Shown in pieces: positions 1 to 8,117 of a stretch of 48,430 bases of DNA. The translations under genes and the position numbers were made by a program. The notes below the pieces were generated by a model, which worked only from the letters and a program-made list of their open reading frames with translations, had not been told where the DNA came from and made no database searches. Source of the stretch: a virus (lineage: Duplodnaviria > Caudoviricetes); IMG/VR virus record IMGVR_UViG_3300022539_000112, positions 1 through 48,430 of that record, one strand, 5' to 3'. The first letter of the stretch is position 1. Each line of letters opens with the position of its first letter.

Positions 1-49
1 GAACACCGGCAGGCGATTGATTGTAGTTTTGATTGTTTAGTCGAGTAAT

Positions 50-90
50 CATTATGAAAGTATTATCGTCTATTTCGGCATAAACATCAA
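50..90 (-). promoter_or_regulatory. sigma70-like promoter with near-leaderless ATG (copy 1 of a repeated promoter-leader element)
   Basis: Minus strand TTGATG-17nt-GATAAT, then ATGATTACTCGACTAAACAATCAAA; near-identical to 3207-3267. Confidence 0.6.
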
Positions 91-198
91 GAAAATAATC
101 CTTAGTGAGTGTCTTGTCAAGGCTGATATTGATATAAGTCTTTATGAGATAGAGAATTAGTAATCTCACTTTTTGGGGGTGGTGACATAAGATTTTTC

Positions 199-226
199 TT
201 GCAAATAGTTAGGAATATGTTACTTT
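199..226 (+). promoter_or_regulatory. putative promoter upstream of ncRNA cluster
   Basis: TTGCAA-16nt-TACTTT with TGn extended -10, divergent from the promoter at 62-90. Confidence 0.4.
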
Positions 227-268
227 GTGAAGTAATAAGAGTTAGATTGATACTCCGACTCTGATTAT

Positions 269-350
269 GGTGCTGCTGGAGTCGCGACCAGTAACAGAAG
301 AGGATTTAGCGTAAGGCCACGTGAGAATCGCTGTTATTGCTGGCAGCACT
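269..350 (+). ncRNA. structured non-coding RNA, nested stems
   Basis: 269-279 pairs with 340-350 (11 bp incl. GU); 289-297 pairs with 331-339 (9 bp). Confidence 0.45.
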
Positions 351-359
351 AAATATTAT

Positions 360-435
360 GTTGCAATAGTCTAACAGAAGACGCCAGGCTTAATAGGCTC
401 GGAAATTTAGGTATCGAATCCTTTTTGCAACACCA
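360..435 (+). tRNA. degenerate tRNA-like gene with encoded CCA (possible AAT anticodon)
   Basis: 76 nt; acceptor GTTGCAA/TTGCAAC + A + CCA; D-stem GTCT/AGAC; weak anticodon stem with loop TTAATAG; T-arm AGG-TATCGAAT-CCT atypical. Confidence 0.55.
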
Positions 436-495
436 ACTTAAACATATTTGCAGGATTAAGGAAGTGATAGCAGATATGATTGAAGATATAAATTC

Positions 496-581
496 CGCTG
501 AGTGGACTGGAGAGGAGTTTCCAGCAGGCACAATACGCGTTGAGTGCCATTATGAAGCAGGTTCGAATCCTGCCTCGGCGA
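496..581 (+). tRNA. tRNA-like gene with aberrant anticodon arm
   Basis: Acceptor CGCTGAG/CTCGGCG, perfect T-arm GCAGG-TTCGAAT-CCTGC, D-arm CTGGAG/TTCCAG, anticodon stem GGCAC/GTGCC enclosing a 12-nt loop. Confidence 0.65.
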
Positions 582-584
582 TTT

Positions 585-639
585 GGGCGGTTGACCCCTA
601 AAAGTCTTATGTCTTAACGGGTTGACCGCCTGTTTTTTT
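585..639 (+). terminator. intrinsic terminator with large loop
   Basis: GGGCGGTTGACCC/GGGTTGACCGCCT stem followed by a T-run. Confidence 0.6.
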
Positions 640-917
640 ATAATAAATAGTCGCAAACGTTACGACATAGTGGCTTTTAGGACGTAGCTTATGGTATCAA
701 GAGCTAAAAAAGACCCTGCAAGGCTAATAATGACAATAGGCCATCCCGACAGCAACGTACAATTTTTAACCTCCGGCGTTGTGGCTGGCACGAGTGGGGA
801 ACATACAAACAACGTGCTTGATTGTTACACCTGCTAAAGTAATATAGACTCATAGAATAATTGAATACCAAACGGACGAAAATACAGTTCCCCCGTTTGT
901 TAGTCGGTATGTAAAGA

Positions 918-1064
918 ATGAGCAAAAAGACAAAATTAAATCCCTTAGAGAGGCTTAAATTATTGATGATTCGAGATGGCTTGTCTGTAAGTGGAGCTAT
1001 TAGGAAATATACAAATATGTTTGGATTGCCCTCGATAAATAAAACACGAAAGAAGAATGAATAA
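918..1064 (+). CDS. small hypothetical protein (48 aa)
   Basis: MSKKTKLNPLERLKLLM..., overlaps next ORF in operon style; below ORF-track size cutoff. Confidence 0.45.
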   Translation: MSKKTKLNPLERLKLLMIRDGLSVSGAIRKYTNMFGLPSINKTRKKNE

Positions 1065-1191
1065 AGACTGCAAAACGTGCAAGGAAAGGAAAGAATGCGT
1101 AAACATCGGTCAATTCAAGGAAAACGATTGTTTGCAATACGAGATGACAATAAAAGCAATGAATGAGGAAATTGAGAAGTTAAATGACTAA
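1057..1191 (+). CDS. small Cys-containing hypothetical protein (44 aa)
   Basis: MNKDCKTCKERKEC..., overlaps neighbours on both sides. Confidence 0.45.
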   Translation: MNKDCKTCKERKECVNIGQFKENDCLQYEMTIKAMNEEIEKLND

Positions 1192-1516
1192 TAGGTTCAA
1201 ATTTAGAGGCATAGGGTCGATGAACCGGACAAGAATGGATTATCAACCGTTGCCAATGACCGCTGTTATTAAGGCTCTTGAACAGCCCACCAACAGCCAC
1301 GTTATCAAGCCAAAAATGAGGGTAAATAAAGCAGAGGACGCTGGCCAGCACCTTGAACAGTCAAAACCTAAAACTTGTAAATATGCCAAATCTAATATGA
1401 CACCATGTTATTTACGAGATGGCAAGAGAGCAACGACTGGCGGTGTATGTGTAGGCTGTTCTCATAGCATTCAGTTTATTGAGCAAGGTGTTATAGTCAA
1501 GGAAGCTCTTTTATAA
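1184..1516 (+). CDS. hypothetical protein
   Basis: 110-aa ORF coupled to upstream small ORF, C-terminal Cys motifs. Confidence 0.5.
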   Translation: MTNRFKFRGIGSMNRTRMDYQPLPMTAVIKALEQPTNSHVIKPKMRVNKAEDAGQHLEQSKPKTCKYAKSNMTPCYLRDGKRATTGGVCVGCSHSIQFIEQGVIVKEALL

Positions 1517-1536
1517 GTTAATAGGGTTAACTCAAA

Positions 1537-1818
1537 TTATTCGGCTTTTTCAATAGCCGAAGCAACTTTACGTTGGAAATACAAATCAAGAACAACGCCT
1601 TTTTCTGTTGTGTCCTCTGTATCTTCGTGTTGCATATCCTTGAGCAGACTCAACAAATCAGGTGCAGCAGCTATCAGGCGGGCATTATCCGCGACTTCAG
1701 GTGTTATTTTTAGTGGCCGCGTTTCAAGTGTGCAAATGATTTGTGGTTCACCGACAGCCTTTAACATAACTCGACCGCCGCTATCTATTACTACCCACTT
1801 TCCTTTCGTGTAACTCAT
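1537..1818 (-). CDS. phage hypothetical protein (T-x-G-x-W ... NARLIAAAPDLL family)
   Basis: Recognisable small phage protein motif; AAGGAG RBS. Confidence 0.85.
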   Translation of the reverse strand: MSYTKGKWVVIDSGGRVMLKAVGEPQIICTLETRPLKITPEVADNARLIAAAPDLLSLLKDMQHEDTEDTTEKGVVLDLYFQRKVASAIEKAE

Positions 1819-1848
1819 TGTTTAGCTCCTTAAATAGGGTTTTCATAA

Positions 1849-1888
1849 AGCCCTGGGCCGGAGTTGAACCGGCGATCCGTGCAGGGCT
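1849..1888 (-). ncRNA. tRNA minihelix-like element (acceptor stem + T-arm only)
   Basis: AGCCCTG-8nt-GCCGG TTCAACT CCGGC-C-CAGGGCT in an intergenic gap. Confidence 0.5.
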
Positions 1889-1896
1889 GGAGGAGT

Positions 1897-2130
1897 TTAA
1901 TCTTCGATAAAGCCCTGCAAACAGAGCTTAACCGATAAATGGTTATAAACTGCTCCGTCTGGTGTTTTCTGGCCTTGGTAAGTATCCATAAAGCGCCGAG
2001 CGGCTTTGCCTGCATTTTGACAGGATAGCCTGATACAATTCATTGCGAATTGATACAGGTTATAATCGTTGCCAATCCAAAGTGATACATTCCAAGCGTT
2101 CCAGCTTCTGTGTCCATTGTAAGTTTTCAT
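1897..2130 (-). CDS. phage hypothetical protein (YNG...W.V.LWI.ND family)
   Basis: Recognisable phage motif YNGHRSWNAWNVSLWIGND; AAGGAG RBS. Confidence 0.85.
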   Translation of the reverse strand: MKTYNGHRSWNAWNVSLWIGNDYNLYQFAMNCIRLSCQNAGKAARRFMDTYQGQKTPDGAVYNHLSVKLCLQGFIED

Positions 2131-2159
2131 TTTTTAGCTCCTTAAAAAGTTAATATGGG

Positions 2160-2378
2160 TTAAACTTTGATTTTAACCTTACTTATTAAGCTATTGACAA
2201 GAGTTGTCGATTCAACGTGATAATCGCCGAGTTTTACGGGCTTATCGAATTTGACTAAACTCTTGCTGTTCATATTGACAAGCCCTGCGTAATGTGAATG
2301 GTCTAAAATTGTCGCTTGTACTTCGGTTGGCTTGTCGCCGATATAACAAAATACTTTTGTGCCTGGTTTATATCTCAT
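2160..2378 (-). CDS. hypothetical protein
   Basis: 72-aa ORF preceded by the repeated RBS motif. Confidence 0.75.
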   Translation of the reverse strand: MRYKPGTKVFCYIGDKPTEVQATILDHSHYAGLVNMNSKSLVKFDKPVKLGDYHVESTTLVNSLISKVKIKV

Positions 2379-2408
2379 AATTGGGATCCTTAAAAAGTTA
2401 ATAGGGGG

Positions 2409-2585
2409 TTAAGTGTACATTTTCATAATAGATGCGGTTAATAGTGAGTATATGCGTTGTAGCCGAATTAGTCCCCGTGTTTGTTTGTTACGATATGCGA
2501 TAACAGTCTGCATAGCATTGATTCGTTGCCGCCTGCGTAAATCTGGTAAGGATAACGAACAGAAATATGTCATATACTTACCCAT
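2409..2585 (-). CDS. hypothetical basic protein (58 aa)
   Basis: MGKYMTYFCSLSLPDLRRRQ...; preceded by repeated RBS motif; below ORF-track cutoff. Confidence 0.7.
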   Translation of the reverse strand: MGKYMTYFCSLSLPDLRRRQRINAMQTVIAYRNKQTRGLIRLQRIYSLLTASIMKMYT

Positions 2586-2660
2586 TTTTTCAAGCTCCTT
2601 AAAAAGTTAATAAAATACATAAGGCAAAGCTCCGTAAAGCCCTGCCCTGCGTATTTTAGG

Positions 2661-2852
2661 CTATTGGGTTTTAGCATGGGCCGCAATAGCTTTTGTGGCT
2701 TCCAGCAATTCTTTAGCTTCCACTTGAATTTCTGTTAATCCTTCCGGGGTAAGCTCGAGCGTTGCAAAGCCGTTACTTCCTGATACGCCACGTTGCGACG
2801 TGATGACAATACTATTGTCGGGATGGTTTGTTGCCCTGATTCTGATTTCCAT
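2661..2852 (-). CDS. hypothetical protein
   Basis: 63-aa ORF preceded by the repeated RBS motif. Confidence 0.75.
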   Translation of the reverse strand: MEIRIRATNHPDNSIVITSQRGVSGSNGFATLELTPEGLTEIQVEAKELLEATKAIAAHAKTQ

Positions 2853-2927
2853 TTTCAGCTCCTTAAAAAGTTAATATAGGTTAAACTCATAGGCCTGCGC
2901 TGTGTTACCAGCGCAGTAATGTGAGCT

Positions 2928-3116
2928 TTAGATGCCCATATCCCGACGCGCTGCTGCTGCTGATGTGCCGCACATATCACGGAGAATCTGGTTCTTTGTT
3001 CTTGCATCTGCATTACGCTGGCACTTTAAGCAAAAAAATCGTCCATGCTTTTTACTGATAGGTGTTCGATGGATGTTACATACTAAAACGCCATTTTCGT
3101 AGTCTGTATCGTACAT
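2928..3116 (-). CDS. small Cys/His-containing hypothetical protein
   Basis: Start MYDTDY at 3116 after AGGAG; CxxH...CxxC. Confidence 0.7.
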   Translation of the reverse strand: MYDTDYENGVLVCNIHRTPISKKHGRFFCLKCQRNADARTKNQILRDMCGTSAAAARRDMGI

Positions 3117-3128
3117 TTTAAGGCTCCT

Positions 3129-3267
3129 AAATAAAGCCCGCCGCGCAAACAAATTACTCGGCTAAAAGAATTGAATGCGCAGGCGGGCGAATAAATGCAG
3201 GTTTGAGTTTGATTGTTTAGCCGAGTAATCATAAAAGTATTATCGACTATTTAGGCCTAAAAGTCAA
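3129..3267 (-). promoter_or_regulatory. promoter, leaderless ATG and attenuator-like hairpin
   Basis: TTGACT-17nt-GATAAT, ATG at 3232; stem 3176-3188/3136-3147 then TTTATTT; loop 3153-3166 perfectly complementary to 3216-3229. Confidence 0.7.
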
Positions 3268-3351
3268 ATAAAAATAGGAAGTGACATTGAGATTGTTGTA
3301 ATCATAGATAAGATAAAGACTTACAAGCAAAGAAACTTTAATAAATATCAC

Positions 3352-3381
3352 TTGACAACAACAGATAAGAAAGTATAAAAT
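3352..3381 (+). promoter_or_regulatory. sigma70-like promoter for packaging/late operon
   Basis: TTGACA followed by TATAAA (16 nt) or TAAAAT (18 nt). Confidence 0.6.
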
Positions 3382-3404
3382 AGGTTTGTGATTAAAGAGG
3401 TAAA

Positions 3405-3512
3405 ATGAGTAAAGAAAAGATAAAATGGATCGCAGGCTTGATAACAGTTTTAATAAGTGTTAAGCTCTTGTGGTATGTAATAGGATTGGCCTTGAATGTG
3501 GGAAATAATTAG
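3405..3512 (+). CDS. small membrane peptide (35 aa)
   Basis: GAGG RBS; one hydrophobic segment. Confidence 0.5.
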   Translation: MSKEKIKWIAGLITVLISVKLLWYVIGLALNVGNN

Positions 3513-3584
3513 AATAATCTACGCAATAGCAATAATAACAGGATTATATTTTATCTTAAAAGGTTGGATTGAGATTATAAGAAA

Positions 3585-4199
3585 ATGCGCAAAAAAAGAC
3601 CACTAACAGATAAGCAAGAAATAGCCGTACATAATTACTGCATGAAGGGTATTATTAAGGCTAAAACAGGCTATTCATGGTCACAAGCCATGAGAGATGC
3701 AGGGTATAAAGAGGGATATATTACTAAATGCCAATTCTCACTAAGAAAGAAACCGGGTATTAAAAAACTAATTGAAACAACGAAAGATAAACTGTTTCAT
3801 AAACTTGATTTAACAGCAGAAAAAGTACTAAAAGAAATAGGAAAGATAGGATTTAGTAATATAAAAGACTATTTAACAATAAATAATGAAGGTGAAATGT
3901 CCTTAAAGGATTTTCAAGGCATTGATGTTGATAAGCTTGCAGCCATTGAGAGTATTAAGGTAAATACGACAAAAGAAGGGGAAAAGAAAGAGTTTACAAC
4001 GACACAATTCAAGCTATGTAGCAAGTTAACAGCCTTAGAGCAGTTAGGCAAGCATTTAGGTATATTTGAAGCAGACAACAAGCAGAAGGCCCCAGACGTA
4101 CGCAAGTACGACATCAAGGAGCTCAAGATGCTTGTATTAGAAGGTGACAAGCGGGATAAGAAGGTATTAGAGGCCGGGACGGGAGTAGTGGATGTATAA
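3585..4199 (+). CDS. terS: terminase small subunit
   Basis: N-terminal HTH-like A...AGY, LTAEKVLKEIGKIGFSNIKDY and KLTALEQLGKHLGIF motifs; upstream of terL. Confidence 0.85.
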   Translation: MRKKRPLTDKQEIAVHNYCMKGIIKAKTGYSWSQAMRDAGYKEGYITKCQFSLRKKPGIKKLIETTKDKLFHKLDLTAEKVLKEIGKIGFSNIKDYLTINNEGEMSLKDFQGIDVDKLAAIESIKVNTTKEGEKKEFTTTQFKLCSKLTALEQLGKHLGIFEADNKQKAPDVRKYDIKELKMLVLEGDKRDKKVLEAGTGVVDV

Positions 4200-4551
4200 G
4201 GACAAGGACAAGCAGAGAGAAGCCAACAGGAAGGCACAGGCCAAGTTTAAGGCAAAAGGTATTACCGAGAGTATTACTAATCAAGGTATTACCAGCAGGG
4301 TATTACCGAGCTGTAAGTATTGCGGCAAGCAGCTTGACCATGCCGTGCTTGAATGTTGTTATGACTGTGCCTCGAAACAACCAACTAAGGTAAGCCCATC
4401 AAGAGAAGGACACACCTTGAGCAGCAAGCCAGCCCTTGAGTACACTGGCAAGCTCACAGCCTTTGAGCGCAAGCACTACAAGCCAGCCAGTGAACTACCC
4501 AAAGGCCAGCACAACTCAGTAAGCAAGCCGGGGGATGACCATTATATATGA
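4192..4551 (+). CDS. hypothetical protein
   Basis: Overlaps terS end; MYKDKDKQREANR start typical of phage proteins; CxxC pairs. Confidence 0.6.
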   Translation: MYKDKDKQREANRKAQAKFKAKGITESITNQGITSRVLPSCKYCGKQLDHAVLECCYDCASKQPTKVSPSREGHTLSSKPALEYTGKLTAFERKHYKPASELPKGQHNSVSKPGDDHYI

Positions 4552-4665
4552 CACAGACAAAGACCGGGACGGGGGGCCTGGGGGGCGCGACCCCTTTAAG
4601 GAGTCTCTATATATAGTACTATGTTTTCCAAGCAATAATTGCATTTTCGAGAAGAATGACGAAGA

Positions 4666-4998
4666 ATGAGCATTGAATTGTGTATAAAGCGGTTAGAAGA
4701 GGAAATTAAGGTAAGGGATGAGCTTATAGTAGCGGTTCAATCGTGTATGTTAAATGAGATAGGTCATTGTACGACGTTATATTGCACGGAAGATAAACCT
4801 TGCCGAGATTGCAAAGACCGCAGGCACATACTTGAATTAATTGATAATCCGGGACATACAGCTAAATGTGAGGGATGTGGCAAGGACTACGAGCCAGAGG
4901 AGCCGAGTGAGCCTTGGACGGCGGTTGACATGTTTTGCAACCGTTATTGCAGTCCGGAATGCCGCAAAAGGGCTGTAAGTGATAAGGACGAAGTATGA
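4666..4998 (+). CDS. Cys-rich zinc-binding hypothetical protein
   Basis: CxxC ... YCSxxC. Confidence 0.7.
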   Translation: MSIELCIKRLEEEIKVRDELIVAVQSCMLNEIGHCTTLYCTEDKPCRDCKDRRHILELIDNPGHTAKCEGCGKDYEPEEPSEPWTAVDMFCNRYCSPECRKRAVSDKDEV

Positions 4999-5324
4999 GT
5001 AATTATGAAAGGCATAAAGGGGATGATTTATTATCCTTAGACCCTCGACTAAAATACAAATGGCAATGGTCAAGGATGGCAACTCAGGTGCCGGAAGAAG
5101 AATTAAAAAAGTGGACACATTTTCAATGTTCGATTTGTTATATAGGCGAATGGAGGTTGGGTTCTACTCAATGGGGTGGAGATGAAATAAGTTACGAAGC
5201 TACTGTTAGTTATAAAGGCAATCGACTCGCGAGTGAAGATGGTTTTAATAGTAGAATAGAAGCCCAGATAGGCGCAGAGAAACTTGCAAAAGAAGTATTA
5301 GAAGAAATGTGTAAGGATTTATAA
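4995..5324 (+). CDS. hypothetical protein
   Basis: ATGA overlap with upstream ORF. Confidence 0.7.
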   Translation: MSNYERHKGDDLLSLDPRLKYKWQWSRMATQVPEEELKKWTHFQCSICYIGEWRLGSTQWGGDEISYEATVSYKGNRLASEDGFNSRIEAQIGAEKLAKEVLEEMCKDL

Positions 5325-5392
5325 TGAATCCAAGCCCTGAAATATGTCATTTTGAGAAGGAGAAACTTATGAAGGAATTGTAGATACCTCTT

Positions 5393-7117
5393 ATGGGGGC
5401 AGAAACATATTCAATTCGTCAAATAGCAGGTGCTTTAAGTTTTCCAAATTGGTCTGCGATGAACCTTAGCATAATCAATATGCAGGGCAAGATGCAGCTT
5501 TTGGACTTAAACATAGCCCAACAAAAGGTTCACAACACCCTTGAGTTACAGCATAGGGCCGGTTTGCCTATGCGTGTAATCATTTTGAAGGCACGTCGTG
5601 AAGGTGTCAGCACGTATATAGCGGGTCGGTTCTTTTGGGAGACGAATCGTAATCCGATGCGTTTTGCGACCGTTTGTTCGGTGGATTCCGATGCTACTCA
5701 CAAAGTTTTTAAGATGTCGAACTTATTTCAGGAAAAGATACCTCTTGACATTGCCTTGGAGACCAAATATTCCGGTCGCAACGAAATAGTTTACAAAGAG
5801 CCTCATTATTCTTCATTTTTAATGCAAACCGCGGGCAAGGACGTTTTAGGTCGCGGCGGTCTTAACCATTACCTTCATTGCACCGAGTTTGCATTTTGGC
5901 AAAAGGCCAAGGAACAATTCGGTGGTGCGAGTCAGGAGGTCCCCGACGACCCTGAGACTATCATAGCCATAGAGAGTACCGCTAATGGCGTAGGCGGCGC
6001 TTTTTACGATATTTACGACCAGGCTTACAACGATTGGCATAAGACTCAGGACTTAAATAATTACATACCCATTTTCCTTCCGTGGTACATTTTTCCGGCG
6101 TATTCCAAGTCCGTACCAAAAGGTTTTGAATTAGATGCAGAGGAGGGAGCGATCCAAAATGAGTTTTCTTTATCGCCGGAGCAGATGTATTGGCGTCGAT
6201 GGGCCATAAAGAACAAGTGCCAGGGTGATTTAGCATTATTCCGGCAGGAATATCCGTCAACGTGGATAGAGGCGTTTCAAGCCACGGGCAATCCGGTTTT
6301 CACTAATTTTATGATTTCGTACCAAAAGGTAAATTCATGCGAGCCGAGGTATTGCATTTTCACTAAGAAGGGTATTCAAGACGTAGATAGAAAATTCAAC
6401 TGTTGGCAGATACGGACATTACCGAGGGTCGACCATCAATATTGCATGGGCATAGATACTATGGAAGGCCGGATTTCGGACGTTCAAGACCCCAAGAGCA
6501 AGTTGGATTGTGACGGTGTTACAATTATGGACAGGACTTTAGGTGAGTTCGTGGCCGTATATCATGGTAGGGGAAATCAAGATGACCTTGCCGACCAATG
6601 TATTTTGGCGGCCGAAAGATACAACGACCCTTGGTTGGGACCTGAGATTCCAAATTCAATGGTACTCTTAAAGAGGTTCAAGGAGATAGGATACCAGAAC
6701 ATATATAACCGTCAAGTCCACGATGAGCAATTGGAAGCCAAGGATTCGGAGAATTTAGGCTGGCGTACGACTATGATTACCCGGAAGTATCTTGTTGACG
6801 ATTTCATAACCGCGATGAGGAACCAATCCCTTTTGGTTGGTTTTCAAAGTGTAGTCGATGAAATGAGGACTTTCATAAAGGACAAGTCCGGCAAGCCCAT
6901 TCACCAAGCGGGCAAGCACGATGATTTGCTCTTTTCCGGTATGATAGCGTTACAAGTACATCTTAGATGCCCCTTGAATCCCCAGCCGTATCCGGATTCG
7001 CATACTTCGGGCTTCGAGGAAAAACCAAAGGAGTCGAGATTATGTTTTTCCGGTGTTGTGGACACTGGAATAGAAGATGAAGGCGAAGACGATTTTTATG
7101 AATCACATACAAGTTAG
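5393..7117 (+). CDS. terL: terminase large subunit
   Basis: ILKARREGVST Walker A, LHCTEFAFW Walker B, ESTANG, nuclease MGIDT and HDDLL motifs. Confidence 0.95.
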   Translation: MGAETYSIRQIAGALSFPNWSAMNLSIINMQGKMQLLDLNIAQQKVHNTLELQHRAGLPMRVIILKARREGVSTYIAGRFFWETNRNPMRFATVCSVDSDATHKVFKMSNLFQEKIPLDIALETKYSGRNEIVYKEPHYSSFLMQTAGKDVLGRGGLNHYLHCTEFAFWQKAKEQFGGASQEVPDDPETIIAIESTANGVGGAFYDIYDQAYNDWHKTQDLNNYIPIFLPWYIFPAYSKSVPKGFELDAEEGAIQNEFSLSPEQMYWRRWAIKNKCQGDLALFRQEYPSTWIEAFQATGNPVFTNFMISYQKVNSCEPRYCIFTKKGIQDVDRKFNCWQIRTLPRVDHQYCMGIDTMEGRISDVQDPKSKLDCDGVTIMDRTLGEFVAVYHGRGNQDDLADQCILAAERYNDPWLGPEIPNSMVLLKRFKEIGYQNIYNRQVHDEQLEAKDSENLGWRTTMITRKYLVDDFITAMRNQSLLVGFQSVVDEMRTFIKDKSGKPIHQAGKHDDLLFSGMIALQVHLRCPLNPQPYPDSHTSGFEEKPKESRLCFSGVVDTGIEDEGEDDFYESHTS

Positions 7118-7125
7118 GAGAAATA

Positions 7126-7473
7126 ATGGCACTTAAAACAGATTTATCGGATATGTCGATTGTTTCGACAAGGGCGAGTGTTGCCAAGGTGAACGTCACT
7201 TTGAAGATATGGGAGTCCGAGGACAATACGGTAACGGACACACCTTTGTTAGAGGAAGTGATTACCGAAAACAACGTAAAAGTTTGCGTTGAGGGCGAAA
7301 CGCCGGCAGCCTTGGCCGCAAGGATTAAGAGAAATATAAAGGCCCAGGCGCAGGGCAAAATAGATTACTACCAAACCGAGACGAAGAACATTGATACTGT
7401 CACTTCTGCCTTCCAAGACATGATAACCGAAGTTGACGGTGAACTGCAAAGTAAAAGTAAAGAGAAAATCTAA
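7126..7473 (+). CDS. hypothetical virion-associated protein
   Basis: AGGAG RBS, operon context. Confidence 0.75.
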   Translation: MALKTDLSDMSIVSTRASVAKVNVTLKIWESEDNTVTDTPLLEEVITENNVKVCVEGETPAALAARIKRNIKAQAQGKIDYYQTETKNIDTVTSAFQDMITEVDGELQSKSKEKI

Positions 7474-8117
7474 TGGCAGCGACAATAGAACTAAATAAAA
7501 CGACCACTGAATTACAGGCATGGGTCGTCTTAGACGATAACGCAAGCGGTACACCGTTTTTAGTAACTCCTCAGATAGATATAAGTTCCGAGGTATCATG
7601 TTTGATTCAGGCGGACATGGCGCAATGTAATACTACTGCGATTGGAACGGCGGGTGAATGTATCTTTTACGGCAAGACCGGCTCCACCCACGATGACTGG
7701 CACGAATTTGCAAGGCGTAGTTATGGTACGATAGCAAGTACGTCTTGCGACTTGTCTTCAGGTGTGGCCTCCGGCGAGATTTCCTGTGGAATGACTGATA
7801 CTTCCGGCGTTTTCATAGGGAACAGGGTCTTGATTTATTGTGCTTCGACTCCGGCGAACTCGATGGTCAATACCATAGCCGACATTTCCGCTGACCAACA
7901 GTTATATTTTTGTATGTCGGTCATTCAGGATTTTACCATAACCCAGACGGAGATAATGTGCCAGACGGCGGCGGCGGGGCACGGTGTCGCCCAGTGGGTC
8001 ATTAGAGTTCCCGAAGAATTTTGGGCGGCCAGGGTAAGTTTTCACAACGACGATGCGGACGTGAACTATTTAATTCGTTGTCAGTACAACTTTATTACGG
8101 ATTACACAAGTGTATAA
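7473..8117 (+). CDS. putative virion structural protein
   Basis: Beta-rich, T/S/D/C-rich; TAATG coupling. Confidence 0.75.
   Translation: MAATIELNKTTTELQAWVVLDDNASGTPFLVTPQIDISSEVSCLIQADMAQCNTTAIGTAGECIFYGKTGSTHDDWHEFARRSYGTIASTSCDLSSGVASGEISCGMTDTSGVFIGNRVLIYCASTPANSMVNTIADISADQQLYFCMSVIQDFTITQTEIMCQTAAAGHGVAQWVIRVPEEFWAARVSFHNDDADVNYLIRCQYNFITDYTSV

Larger units (their letters stand above)
2131..2888 (-). repeat. repeated RBS-containing intergenic motif separating small genes
   Basis: Plus-strand (AGC)TCCTTAAAAAGTTAATA at ~2136, ~2387, ~2593, ~2857; partial copies at ~1515, ~1824, ~3123. Confidence 0.8.

Noticed and set aside
349-925. Minus-strand ORFs 349-531, 456-656 and 704-925
   Set aside because: No RBS or protein-like features; the first two lie antisense to the structured RNA cluster
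2131-2888. CRISPR array or integron attC sites
   Set aside because: Spacers are 200-270 nt coding genes, repeats are degenerate RBS regions, and no cas or integrase gene is seen
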